This document shows, one piece after another, positions 39,827-53,568 of a stretch of 64,000 nt of DNA; the first letter of the stretch is position 1, and each line of letters starts with the position of its first letter. The DNA is from Bugula neritina (Eukaryota > Animalia > Bryozoa). A program made the position numbers and the translations under genes. The DNA lies in NCBI GenBank assembly GCA_964035545.1, contig OZ037765.1, positions 27,155,504 through 27,219,503 on the forward strand. The letters are read 5' to 3'. The notes under the pieces are model-generated. The model saw only the letters and a program-made list of their open reading frames with translations. It had not been told where the DNA came from and made no database searches.

Positions 39827-42800
39827 TCACAAATCCTCATCTCCTTGCTCATTGTCTATAAGCAGCACTCTCTCGTCAGGCTTTTTATTCTGCTTCCTCC
39901 CTGACCTTGAACTGAACAGAGGGTTGGCAAAGTTGGAAGTCTGCAAGACAAAAACACCATAAACCAGTGGAGAAAACAGAAATATTCAATCTTTCAGATT
40001 AATGCATATAGCGAAAGCTTAATTTGCTAAGATTGTTTGCCAGTGTTTGGCTAACAGATAATGAAACAAGTAAGAGTAATCTTAGGACTGCAATACTATA
40101 ATACAATATTATAATGTATATCATACTATAATACAACATTATAATGTATATAATACTATAATACAACATTACAATGTATATAATACTATAATACAATATT
40201 ATAATGTATGTAATACTACGATGCAATATTATAATATATATAATACTATAATAAAATATTATAATGTATATAATACTATAATACAACATTACAATGTATA
40301 TAATACTATAATACAATATTATAATGTATATAATACTATAATACAATATCATAATTTATATAATACTATAATACAATATTACAATGTATATAATACTATA
40401 ATACAATATTATGAAACATAATACTATAATACAATGCTATAATGCATATACAACACAAACAGTAATTCAAGACACTAACATTGGTAGCCGAATACACAGA
40501 ATAATCATCATCGTCCTCGTCCCCATCTTCATTAGTAGACTTCAGGTACATGGGGTTAGAGATCTCCATTGTACCATCTCGATCTTCTGATAGTCTCAAA
40601 TGCTCAAATAACATTCGCCTTTAAAAACAACTTTAAAGTCAAGCTATACATAAACATGTCTTTGGACTATATTACAGGAGTTTTATTGTTTAGAGATACT
40701 GTATGGTGGTATCCAGATTGTACACTATCATACTATACTATACTATACTACACTACACTATACTACACTACACTATACTACACCACGCTATACTATGCTA
40801 CACCACGCTATACTATACTACACTACACTATACTATACTACACTATACTACACTATACTATACTACACTATACTATACTACACTATGCTACACTATACTG
40901 CACTACTCTATACTACACCACGCTATACTATACTACACTACACTATACTACACTATACTATGCTACACCACGCTATACTATACTACACTATACTATACTA
41001 CACTATGCTACACTATACTGCACTACTCTATACTACACCACACTATACTATACTACACTACACTATACTGCACTATACTATGTATAACTCCTAGCAATTC
41101 TATTTTCAGTACATGACTCACTTACCTTTTTTGACGTTTTTTATAAACCACTAGAATGATGACTACTACCAGCAGCACAAAGAGTATGGATACAGAGGCT
41201 ATAGCAGCAGTTATACCTGTAATACACACACACAATTGAGAGACAGCGCAACAATCATACATTTGAGTCAGCTAATAAACACATTTTCTTTTGTAAATAT
41301 TGTTTTGCTGAATCTCAAAAATCTTAACTACTACATATAACATCTCCCACCTTCCAAAGCAGTGCACTTATTAACATCACTGCTACATTTGACAATTTCA
41401 TAATATTGTTACAAGTAGACTTAACAAATATTAGTATTATAACTATGGTATAGTATAGCATAGTATAGTACAGTATTGCATAGTATTGTATAGTGTAGTA
41501 TAGTATAGCATAGTATAGTATAGTACAGTATTGTATAGTATAGTGTAGTATAGTATAGTATAGTACAGTATTGTATAGTATAGTGTAGTATAGTATAGTA
41601 TAGTACAGTATTGTATAGTATAGTGTAGTATAGCATAGTATAGTACAGTATTGTATAGTATATTGTAGTATAGTGTAGTGTAGTACAGTATTGTATAGTA
41701 TAGTATAGTATAGTATAGTATAGTGTAGTATAGTATAGTATAGTGTAGTGTAGTACAGTGTAGTATAGTGTAGTATAGTGTAGTACAGTGTAGTATAGTG
41801 TAGTATAGTATAGTATTGTATAGTATAGTATAGTGTAGTACAGTGTAGTATAGTATATTAGAGTGTAGTATGGTATAGTATAGTGTAGTATAGTATAGTA
41901 TAGTATTGTATAGTGTAGTGTAGTATAGTATGGTATAGTGTAGTGTAGTGTAGTATAGTATAGTATGGTGTAGTATAGTATAGTATAGTGTAGTATAGTA
42001 TAGTATGGTATAGTGTAGTATAGTATAGTACAGTGTAGTATGGTATAGTATAGTGTAGTATGGTATAGTATAGTGTAGTGTAGTGTAGTGTAGTATAGTA
42101 TAGCATAGTACAGTATAAGTTTTTCAACTCAAATGCTAACAAGCAACAAACAACTTATAAAACCCCTACCAGCAGTAAAATTGGTGTGCTGGGGTGAAAT
42201 GCTGGAAGCTTCTGGCTCATCCTCACGTATCTTAGTCTCACAAGTTTCTCCAGTCCAGCCGTAGTAGCAGCTGAAAAATCAGAATGACAAACCAATCAAA
42301 TTTAAGTCAATATTAATCTAAGAGATTATTGTTATGGCAGAGGTGCATTAGCAAGGCTGAGGCACAAATCTAGATATGTTGTGCAAAGCTATGGACTTTT
42401 AAAACTAGAAATCATGTTTAGCCTGGAAAATATCGAAATAATAAATACTTGAACGATAATAATTAAGGCATTAAAATTTTTTTTTCCTCACAGCAATTCT
42501 AGATGGCTAATTTAAATAACTTGACCAGTTAAAACCTCCAAGATAATTTGTACTTTTCCTTGCGGACATTGAGCTTTGTTAACCTCAAAGACAACTAAAT
42601 GCAGAATAGAATCACACAATAGCAAGAAATACAGACAAACCACAAATAAAACAAACCTGAGCTCACTTTTTGAACAGTAGCACTACTATTTTTATTGATT
42701 TTATGATTTGAATATGAATTCAACATTACTATCATGAACGATGTATCTCCGTGATCTGTTAGTACGAAATGATAAGATGATGGTGAATGTGGTGTAAGTA

Positions 42801-45800
42801 TTCTCAATAGTGACTCACTAGCACTCGCAGCATGTGCTGCATGTAGCATTGGCAGAGGCGAGACACCCGACGCAGATTCCGTGGTCATGACAGTGAGAAT
42901 CACAGAGCGAGTTGAACTCGCACTGAGCTCCTCGCAAACCCTCTGGACAAGTGCATTCTGGGAAGATGCTACTAGCCGACTTTTGACAAGTCTTCCCGTA
43001 TAAGCAGGGCTGCTCCTTGCACCCCTCGTCACAAAATGCACCAGTAAAGTCCTTGTTGCAGAGACAGGAGGCGGGCTCACCGTTATCTAAAATAGTGATC
43101 AGCTAGGCTGAAGTCTCCACTAGACCAGTATCTGTGAACTAGACTCACTAGAATGAACTACATTGACATATTCATAAGTAGCTCAGTAGCTTTGTGCAAT
43201 AAGTAAAAAGAATAGCAAAATTAGTGATTTAAGAACTGTCATTCTGATCAACCCTGAGAAACTCCTATTGAGAAACGTATTTGTGAGTTTACAGCCGTTT
43301 GCTGCAGATTAGATCTTTGTCTTATTTATAAATAGCAGGAAATACTTGTTTTTCAATGGCATGTTTGACTAGGTTGAATATTAACTAAAACCAACAGTCA
43401 TAAAACTGAATAGTAAGAGAAAAGACACGACACAATAGACTGACCATGCTCAATGCAAGTACCACCATTGTGGCAGTAACCGGTCACACACTTCATTCTT
43501 ATCTGGCAATGTTTTCCTGTAAAGTATTTCGAGCAGGCACACGTCGGCTCTTTCCGCCCGCCACTAGTTTCCTTGAGAAAGCAGGTTCCTGTAATGCACG
43601 TGGATATTGAATTAATTTATGTTCACATTAAACTGGACCAAAAACTCTGTCAACAAATGAATAGATTATAGGATTCATCTTTACATGAGCAAATGAGTAT
43701 TATATGAAATTTCCATTGACATTGGCTCTTTTGAAATCTACAATATTTTCCAAAATTTTTAGGCAGAAGAAATAAAAACAACTACTACTGCCAAGATATA
43801 AAATCTTATCACCTCCATTACTGCAATAGCCGTAACAGACACTGTTGTGACATTGCGTGATGTGCTCAAACTGAAGACTGTTGCAGGTACACGAAGGTTC
43901 TCCACTCGAGTAAGAACATTTGCCCTGACTGTGGCATGTGTACAGATGGTGATCTTCAGGTAAACAGTTTTCACAATCAAAACCTACAACAAAAATCCGC
44001 CATAACTCAACATGAAACACACCTGAGTAAGATGGGCTGTCAGCTAAGTAATTTGGTCTACAAGGCTTTTCATGTTAGAGCAGCTGTACAAATTTACAGG
44101 CGCTACTCTTAAAGTAACTCCAAGGCTTACGCCTGATAGCGAAACTCATAAGCCAAGGAGGAATAAAGTGGCAGCACTCTCTACCTGCATAGCCCTTGGC
44201 GCATTGACAGTCGTATAACTGGGTGGCGGGGTCGGATGTACAGGAGACCGCCCTTTCACCAACACAACCCCTCTCTTTACACAGATCTGTCATTCTAGTC
44301 TGACACCTATCTCCTGTGTACATCATTGGACACCTGAAACCAAAGGACACATCAACATTCGTTCATATTATTACCATTCCATCATTGTTATTTATCAACA
44401 ATTGAGTACAAAATGTATTTATATATATTGTCACTCAAAACTACTATATTAAACAGTAATAAATACTCACACGCAGTAACTCAGGCCTCCATTATCTAAA
44501 TGACATGTACCATTATTCAGACACAAGTCAGTGGAACATGTGTGCTGATTACACCTCTCCCCTGCATATCCCGGGAAACACCTTCAACACATGACACAAT
44601 GTACATTACTGGGTAAAAATTGTGACTCAAACAACTTTCATAACCAAACTCTGCACCATTTCGATAATCTGTAATGTTGGTTAAAAATTTTCACAAGAAA
44701 AATAAAACGCTTTTAATGAAATTATTTACAATAAAATCTCTTGTCTGACATTTGAACCAAGTTTAAAGTTCAAGTAATGTAATTCAAAATCAATTTAAAT
44801 TTTAAATTGAAATGAGTAATTTTGTCCAATTTTGTATGCTTACAATAAATCAACCACTAAGTTACGACAAAAAAAAGAATAATCGCACAGGATTGGTCAA
44901 CCAGACTGAACAGTCTCCACTCATTACCTGAAGTTTTGTATTACAGATGTGACAGGACTAAGTCTAACGAGCCAACTCACAGTCTAATAGTTACTCTACC
45001 AGCCATTAGAACCATTAATACAATACTACACTAAGGAAATATCTTTAATATTAAATACAGTCTGACTTACTTGCAGAAAGGAGCTCCATCAAACACTTCA
45101 CACTCTGCCTTCTGACCACAGTAGTCTTTACACAGGTGCTGTTCACAGAGCACACCTCCATACCCTTTGGGGCATCTGCAGGAGAATGGAGTTGGTAAGA
45201 CAGAAGCAACAGCAAAACTGCTAGTAAAGTACCATCAGTTGGTTATAAAAACAAAAAAAAAAGATTTTCCGGAAGAAAATTTCTGGTATCACTTCTGGGC
45301 TTTGGTACACTCACATGCATTTGATTAGCTGGTGAGGCTGGTTGGAGCATATCCCGGTGTTGAGACAAGGACAGTACTGGCAGTGTGTGGTGTTGATCTT
45401 CATGTAGTCGTCGGCACACAAGCAACTGCACCGGTAGTGGCCTTCATGAAAATTTTCAGTAATTATGGAATTTGGTCCACAATCACAGTCCCATTCTATA
45501 AGAATAAATGTAATAAAAATGTTTACTAAAAGAATTTTATAACTTTTTAAAACAACACTTAAAGGGGTCAATAAAATCAATTTCTAGATATGCATAACTA
45601 GTATTTTGGCAACAATTGTCACCATCTTTAAAGTTTGACATTGTAAAATACTTTCGGTAAAACATGTTATTAGTAAACAGATCAACAGTTTCAAAAACTA
45701 AAGCAAAAAAAACAAATAATTCACATTATATGACATTATATAAACATCTAAACAGACGCGAAGACATGCATATTTGAAGATTGCTAAGAAAGTGTTGCCT

Positions 45801-48800
45801 ATGATGACTACAAAAAACAGGTACACTCACGCCTAGCAGGCTGGTAGAGTTTGACAGGGTGTACTATTATGATATCTCCAACATGCATAGCCGTGCTGTT
45901 AACTACAGTAGAGATGTTTGTTTGATGAGTAGAGTTCTCAACTCCCACGAATTTGTCTAAAGTAATCACACTTTTTCTATCCAGTGACGTCACAATCAGC
46001 TCTCGGCCAAATACATCTATCATATTCGGCTGCATCCCTGCAACAATCCAGGTGTAACTTGTAACTTGCAAAAACCATGGAAAATATATTCATACAATTG
46101 TAGCATATTGCTTTTTGTTGGCTGGATTTGATGCACTACCACTAGATGAATGCTTTTACTGACAATCCTGAGGAATTGGACACAGCGAGAACTTCATGTT
46201 TCAATTCATGACAGAAAAAGTAACAGCATAACAGGAGTAAATTAGTAAATGCATGTATAAGACATGGTATCATATTTAAAAATATTGTTTTCAACTATGT
46301 ATACGCCATCTTGATGAAAATTATCAAATTTACTTAGAAAAGCCGATTTATGTATAAGTATAAATAACTATACTTACTAGACTAACTATTTAACAAATAT
46401 GAGTTGAATTACAGAACATTGAGAGCACTAGCTACCTGAAGTAAACCTGTAAATGGTTCTGCGTTCAGTGCCAGTTACAGTCATAGTGGATATAGTTCTG
46501 TGTTTGCCGTCTGTCCAGTACAGTCTCCCGTTACTAACATCACACACTATGCCTCCAGGCCATTCCAACTCATCTGCCAACATCTCTGGGTTGCTGCCGT
46601 CTAAGTCAGCTGACCAAATTCTTGGTTTCACACAGCAGTCGGTCCAGAAGATGCGATTACTAAAACACAGAGTAAGTTTAATATAGAGTTACACTATGTA
46701 TGTAGTCGGCATATACACAAACATAGTATATTTCTGAATAGCTATTTTTTATCAAAAATATTTTCTGTAAACTTGAAACAAACAGGTTAGATACAACTTA
46801 GCAAAGCTCAACTCTAATATATATCCTAGTGCATCTACATACTTTCTTATGCAAGAAACACCTGAAGAATGTTCATTTCTAACAGATTAGTTGGAAATGT
46901 CTTTATTTGAAAAACTTCATACATGCAACTAAGAATCAGAAATATTTTTCAACATAATGAGACACAAGGCTGGGAATTTTAACCTGCAACTACATTGAAT
47001 AATAGGAAAACTTTATAAAACTTGTGTGGGTATTCATAATTTGCCAAAGTAATTTTTTTTGAAAAAGCTTTCTGTAACACTTGAATATCAACTTTTTTAT
47101 ATAACTGCTCAAAGAGTTTTATCGTTCTATATGGTGATTTCTTTAAAATCAGACAACTCCTAATAATTATTGAAAAAACGAATACTGTGAACATTGCCTG
47201 CACTGGAAGAACTTACACAATGGTTGGGTCAATAGTGATGTGTTGAGGGTTGATGTGTTTATCAGATATGGCGGCCATCATACTCATCTCCGTAACAATA
47301 GTAGACTCTAGTTTCCCGGCCACGTGCATTAGACTGATGGTTGCGTGTTCACTGTCCACCCAGTACAGGTTACCATGCACCCAGTCATATGCTATTGACT
47401 TTGTGTTCGTCAGATTAGATTTCTGAAATACACATTGCAGAATGTAGACGTAGAAGTGATAATTATATTAAAATACTAAAATCAAACTAAAAATAGAATT
47501 AACATATGCCAAAAGATATGTTACAGTGGATGAGAGATTTGACAGAAATTACTCACTATTACTTCTGCCACGGATCTAGTCTGGGACTTGATGGCCGTAG
47601 ACTGCTGAGGTATGCTGTTTGGAGACGATCTCTTCTTTCTGTAGTTGGTGCGAAGGGAAGTGATGTCAGTTTTGAGGATGACGTTAGAGTGATAGCTGAG
47701 CATGTAGGCGGTCCATTGCTCGCCGGTCATGTCAGCTGTGACTGAGTCTATGCGAGATGACGGCTCAACAACACTAATAAAAGAGGGACGATCATCTAAA
47801 CTGGCACTAGATGTCTTGTAGAGATCAAATGACCTCAGAGCATGCCCGTCAGCTATGAGTAGATACGGAGCTTCCTCTACAAACAGAGCATGACTAAATG
47901 AGCAAAAAGTAATGGGTAAAAACATTCTAACATAATACGATAATTTAGCATTATAACTTATATATAAGATATAATATAGCGTTGTATAATTAGAACTATT
48001 TGATAAAAACATTCTAACATATAATAATATTTAGCATTATCATTTATATACAATATATACTATGTCATTATATAATCATAATCTAATACGCACCTTCTGA
48101 GTCCAGCACACAATCATGCTTGGGTCCAGGTCTATTGTCTTTTAAAAGAGAGAATCCCTTTTGACACGAGCACTTGTAACTACCAGCAGTGTTTTGGCAG
48201 ATCTGTGAGCATTTCCCATAGTCCATACACTCGTTTCTATCTGCTCGATATCATACCAGATAAGTGACAACATAGCATATGAATAGATAGACACCACACT
48301 CTACAACATTGAGTACCCCACACGCTTTGTTGAAATGATTTATACACTTCAATTTCAAACAAAACTCATACGGTACCTTGACAAACTCGGCAGTGGTCTA
48401 AAGCATTTGTTATGTCAATCTCATACCCCTTCTCACACGTAATCTTCACCAAAGACTTCTTTACATCCTCACATTTGAATGCCGTTACGCAAAGCTTTTT
48501 AAAGCTTTTCGCAGTATGATATGTTCGTATAAAAAATAGATTAGCGTGAACATTGGTGCAGCCTCCTACAGCTCGACCTAAATATCAGTGAACAAATTTA
48601 GTAGTCAGAAACAAGAAGATAAACTTTACTGAAAAATAGATCAGGTAGAATCTGTGTCACCTAAACCCCGTAGAAAATATGAAAGGTGACATCACAACCA
48701 GCTTCTCTATCTTTGAAATAAACTGTAACATCATTTTATATCATTAGTAAAAATTGCTCACAAAACTAATCAGGTGCATCAATATATAGAAAATCAAATG

Positions 48801-51800
48801 TTGAAAAAACGCTATCTTAGATAAGTTCCTATAATGTATGTATGTATGTATGCAATTTCAATTTTTTGCACATAAATAGGCATTTAATATATTTTACAGT
48901 TTACTTCTAATATAAAGATTTTATTTAGAAATAGAGACCATTTAAAGTGAATATTTTACACTATTAAACTATAATCGTACTGTAAACTAAATTCAGTCAC
49001 CATATGTAGCATGATGAGTAGACAAAGTGAACCCCATATAACTAGTAACCAGTGTTTCCTGTATAAGGTTATACACTGTGCATGCAACTTAGTAAAAACC
49101 TACTGCTTACAAGTCATGTGATATGCTGCATACGGTTGACAATATACAAAAACTTACGGCATACGAAATCAGCATTATGTTCATCGTTAGAGGAAGCCAT
49201 AGCACACTCCTCCACGGTAGAGCACTCTCTAGACCCTCTCTCTCCCAGGCAATCAACCTCTCCATCGCAAACTTTGCTCTCGTCAATACATTGCCCTGCA
49301 GGACAGGAAGTTGGGAGTTAATAACATAGCGGCTGTAGTAGCAGCTGGCGGTACACAGCATCAGCTCAGGTATGCAACAAGAGATAACATTTTCTGACTA
49401 AGAAAACTTTAGGAATATTCAACATGGGAGACACCACACTCTGCAAGGACACTCATCTATTGGGATTAAAAGATGAGGCTAAGTGCACATGTGTCTCACA
49501 ATAAAACTCTTGAGTAATGGCTCAGTGACAAGATATAGCCTGTAGGCTTGGCTGAGTCAATGCATACAACACATCAGCACAAGGCATACTTTGTGACTAA
49601 AAATATATTCTTTGCAAGCTGCCTAGCAGACAGTAAACTTGATTGGTTTTGTTTTGAAAACCATTTCAATTTCTGCGTATTAAAACGGCTGGGGCTAGTG
49701 AAAAAGAGGAGGGGAGGCCTGTAGAGAAGAGTTGAGGAGAGAGAGGAATGGCAAAATACAAAACAGACTATTTAAGATTGAATAGCAACTTGAAGATGTG
49801 AAAAGATGCATGCAATTACATTTTATTACAGAGCTACTGTTGCAGGTCTGCTATACCCCACTGAATACTCAGTTGATGATTAGTTTGAATATCCACAGAC
49901 AGTGGAGTTACAAGAAAAGGTGAGAAATATAACTTCTGACTTTGACCAGTAATATTTGAGGCAGTCTGTTACCTCATAAGCTGTTTCCAGCAACCTGCAG
50001 TAACTCCGCGAAATAGGAAAAGAAGGAATCGAACACATGAAAAGTTAGAGAAAGTTGAAATCTTGAGAAGAGTAAAAGCTTTCACTACCCACCAGTAAGA
50101 CAGGTGAATGAAAAGGCAGCAAGACAAAGAATATAGTCATACCAGTATTAGGGCAGGTGAACATGCCAGCCCCACATCCGCTTTCACAGTTGAAGGAGTT
50201 CTCATCAGAGTTGTCCCCACAATCATCATGTCCATCGCAGAGTAAGGTCTTTGGTATGCAAATATTGTTACCACAACGGAATCTGCCAGGCAAACATGGC
50301 GATATATCTACAAGAAGGCAACGAGTTTGACATAACTATACATCAGCTGACAATAAACAAGCTACTGCTAGAAAATGTGGGCCATTTAAAAGTAAATAAA
50401 ATCTTAACCTCCAGCTGAGTCATTACTATGCATCAACTATTTATATGAGAGTGACTGAGCATTATTTAATGCAGTATATATGAAAGACAACTCACCGCAG
50501 AAAGCATTGACTTCGTCGGAGTTGTCCACACAATCATTCTGACCATCACATTTGAATGTCTCAGGAATACACAAGTTGTTCTGACACTTGAATTCGCCCT
50601 GCGCACAAGCTCGAGCTAACAAAATAAAACAGCCCAAGTGACTAGAAACAATTCAAATGAATTATCTACGATATGCTTTTAAAATACATGTTTGAGTAAA
50701 ATAATTATTTGAGTCGAGTGTTCATTATTAAGAAAATGAAGATGCATCTTTGCCTTTGAAATTCCTCAGGGGACCACTGTAAAACTTTAAAACTAAAAAA
50801 ACTCAAACAAGCAAACAACCACAGATAGTGCCTTCTGAATGGATATAGAGAGGCAGATGTGAAACAACATCTGTATTACTAGCACTGAGTGCATAGTTTG
50901 AAGACACTGGCACAGGCAATGTATTTAACAATAAAAAAAAACATTTATTAGAAGCATTAGGGATTTAAAATATGTCTTACTTCAACAACAATTTTAAACA
51001 TTAGACTATAATAATTTATAGAACACACATGTGAGATAACTGTTATACTTAGAAGACACATGAGTGCAACATACCTGCACAGTCTGTTTCATCGCTATGA
51101 TCTAAACAATCAACAGTTCTATCACACTGCCATGTGGAAGGAATACATCTCCCAGTTGAGATACATCTGAATTCATCTTCCTTGCATGCAGTTGCATCTG
51201 TAAGTGAATAAAACAAACTCATATATAATATGTATATTACATGCATTATACAACCATATTAAAACTCTATTATGAATAATAGTAAAAAGGAAAATGCAAG
51301 ATGGCATCAGAGAAAAAAGAACATTCATTAATTTATAAAATTAAAAAACGTCACAAAAATTGCTATAACACAATTTACAGTAGATCTTATTTCAAAGAAC
51401 AATATTTCTTTCAAAGTATTGCAAAGCCAATAAAATAAGCTATACTGCTAGAATCTTAAGCTCAAGGGAGAAAGAAGCCTCTACCTTTGCAGTTGAATTC
51501 ATCACTACCATCAGAGCAATCAGCAAAGCCGTCACATTTTTGTGAGGAGTGAATACACTTCAACCCATTGGCACATTTCACTTCACTGGCTGAACACTCT
51601 CTGGGCTCTGTAATACAAGTGCTCAACATGACAGCTGTTGCCTGTCAAACTACTACAGCTGTGTATAAATATAGTTGGCTGTTTAATACTTGGTTAGTAC
51701 TAGAAAGTACACTAAAAGTAACAGGCACTGTACTTTATAAACACCATCAGTTATAACAGAAGCCATTTTCATATTTAAAAAAAAACTAATTATCTTGAAA

Positions 51801-53517
51801 ATACGCATTTTTAAAACATAGTAAATAACTAGTCATATGAAAGATTAACTCAGGAATCTAAGCATACAGTTATAAATCTACAGCCTAAGCATGCAGAATT
51901 TTGCTCAACTTTTGGAGATACTTTCGAAAGGAGTGTTTACATGTTTAGTGATAACAGTAATTGTATTAAAATATAGCAGACGTGTGGGTAAATTGGTGAG
52001 GAAAAGAGAAAAATTCCATAAAAAATGCATTAAAGGATATAATTGTCCCGTTACATGATATTCTCATTGAAAAATTAAATTAGATAATGCAGTCACGGTG
52101 ACAAAGCACGGGTCAAGATGAACGCCAGACAGCATCATATTCTCACCACAACCAATCTCATCTGAGCCATCAATACAATCATTCTCATAGTCACATCTCC
52201 ATCGCTGTGGAATACATTTCTTGTCATTACACTGGAAGTAGCTAGGTAGGCAAGACACTTGGTCTACAAATACATCCAAATATCTGTTATAGCATGCCTG
52301 TATCTAGCATACATGCAGAGTGAAATACATGATTAACACCTTTCTATACAAAGTATATATACATCTTAGAAGAGTATAGATATATTGTATATACACATTC
52401 TACAATATCTATGCTGTTGTGTAGCAGTAGAAATGTCTCACCACATAATTCTGGAGTTTCATCTTGACCTTGCTTACAATCATCATCACCATCACAGAGC
52501 CAAGAAGTGGGTATGCATTGGTTGGTCTGATTACACGACACATACCCTACAGAGAAAACCGACATAACCAACACACCCTCATACATACATCCATGCTGCC
52601 CAAATTCTATAACTTTCATTTTACATAGAAGCAAGCTTCGATCATTTTAAGGACAATTCATGTATTAATTCCTCACTTAATTTAAAAAAAAACAAATATA
52701 ATGATGAGGAAGAGGTCTTCAAATAATGAAACTAAAATACATAATTATATTCAAACATTTTCTGCTCTTTCTCCATATTAAAGTTCACACAATACTTATT
52801 TTCATTCAATGCTGGGGCTTTAGTTGCAAAGTGTGGTGTGACAGCTTGAGCAATACACAGCAAATACATAGGCTCCACAAAGTGCCCTCTCACTATTAGG
52901 GAAGATGACAAAGAGCGTATAATCTGAGCAGTCTATCCTTTAGTACAGAAGTGAAAAGACTCCCATAGAACTGCCTACCATTATTGCATCCACCACCAGA
53001 GCTACAGAGAAGGTCGTCCTCATCAGAACTGTCTGCACAGTCTGGTTCGTCATCACATCGATACACGTAGGGAATGCAGCTGGAGTCTTTACACCTGAAC
53101 TCCGAACTGGCACAGGTGGCTTGCGAGGTTTCTACATTATACAGAATAGTTACAACTGAAATGTTAATAAACAGCTGCTGCAATTTGTTTGTATAGAGTG
53201 CAAACATATAAGTGCTTTTTGCCATAAGCATTTTTATCATTAAAATGCTTAAGATTTGATTATTTTAACCAGCATAATGGTAAAGTTATGTAAAAGTACA
53301 CACTTGCATGCATTAAACAAACACTCGAGAGCAATAGCTAGCAAGTCCAGGTGACTCACCACATAAAGTGTAGTTGAAGTTGGGACAGTTGAGGGAAGTG
53401 ATTTCTGACTTGCAAACTTGGTCCGGACTCAAACACATGTGTGCCGTAGCATTTGAACACTTGATGAGGTCATTCATGCAGTCATAAAGTCTGCACGAGT
53501 CAAATACCTACAAGTAG

Positions 53518-53568
<51 letters not shown>

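Noticed and set aside
39999-42142. Several [10 protein letters not shown]-repeat ORFs
   Set aside because: They are artefacts of the 30-bp and pentamer satellites in LRP1 introns.
42595-43080. 161-aa [14 protein letters not shown]...
   Set aside because: It is an alternative frame of an LRP1 EGF exon running into the intron.
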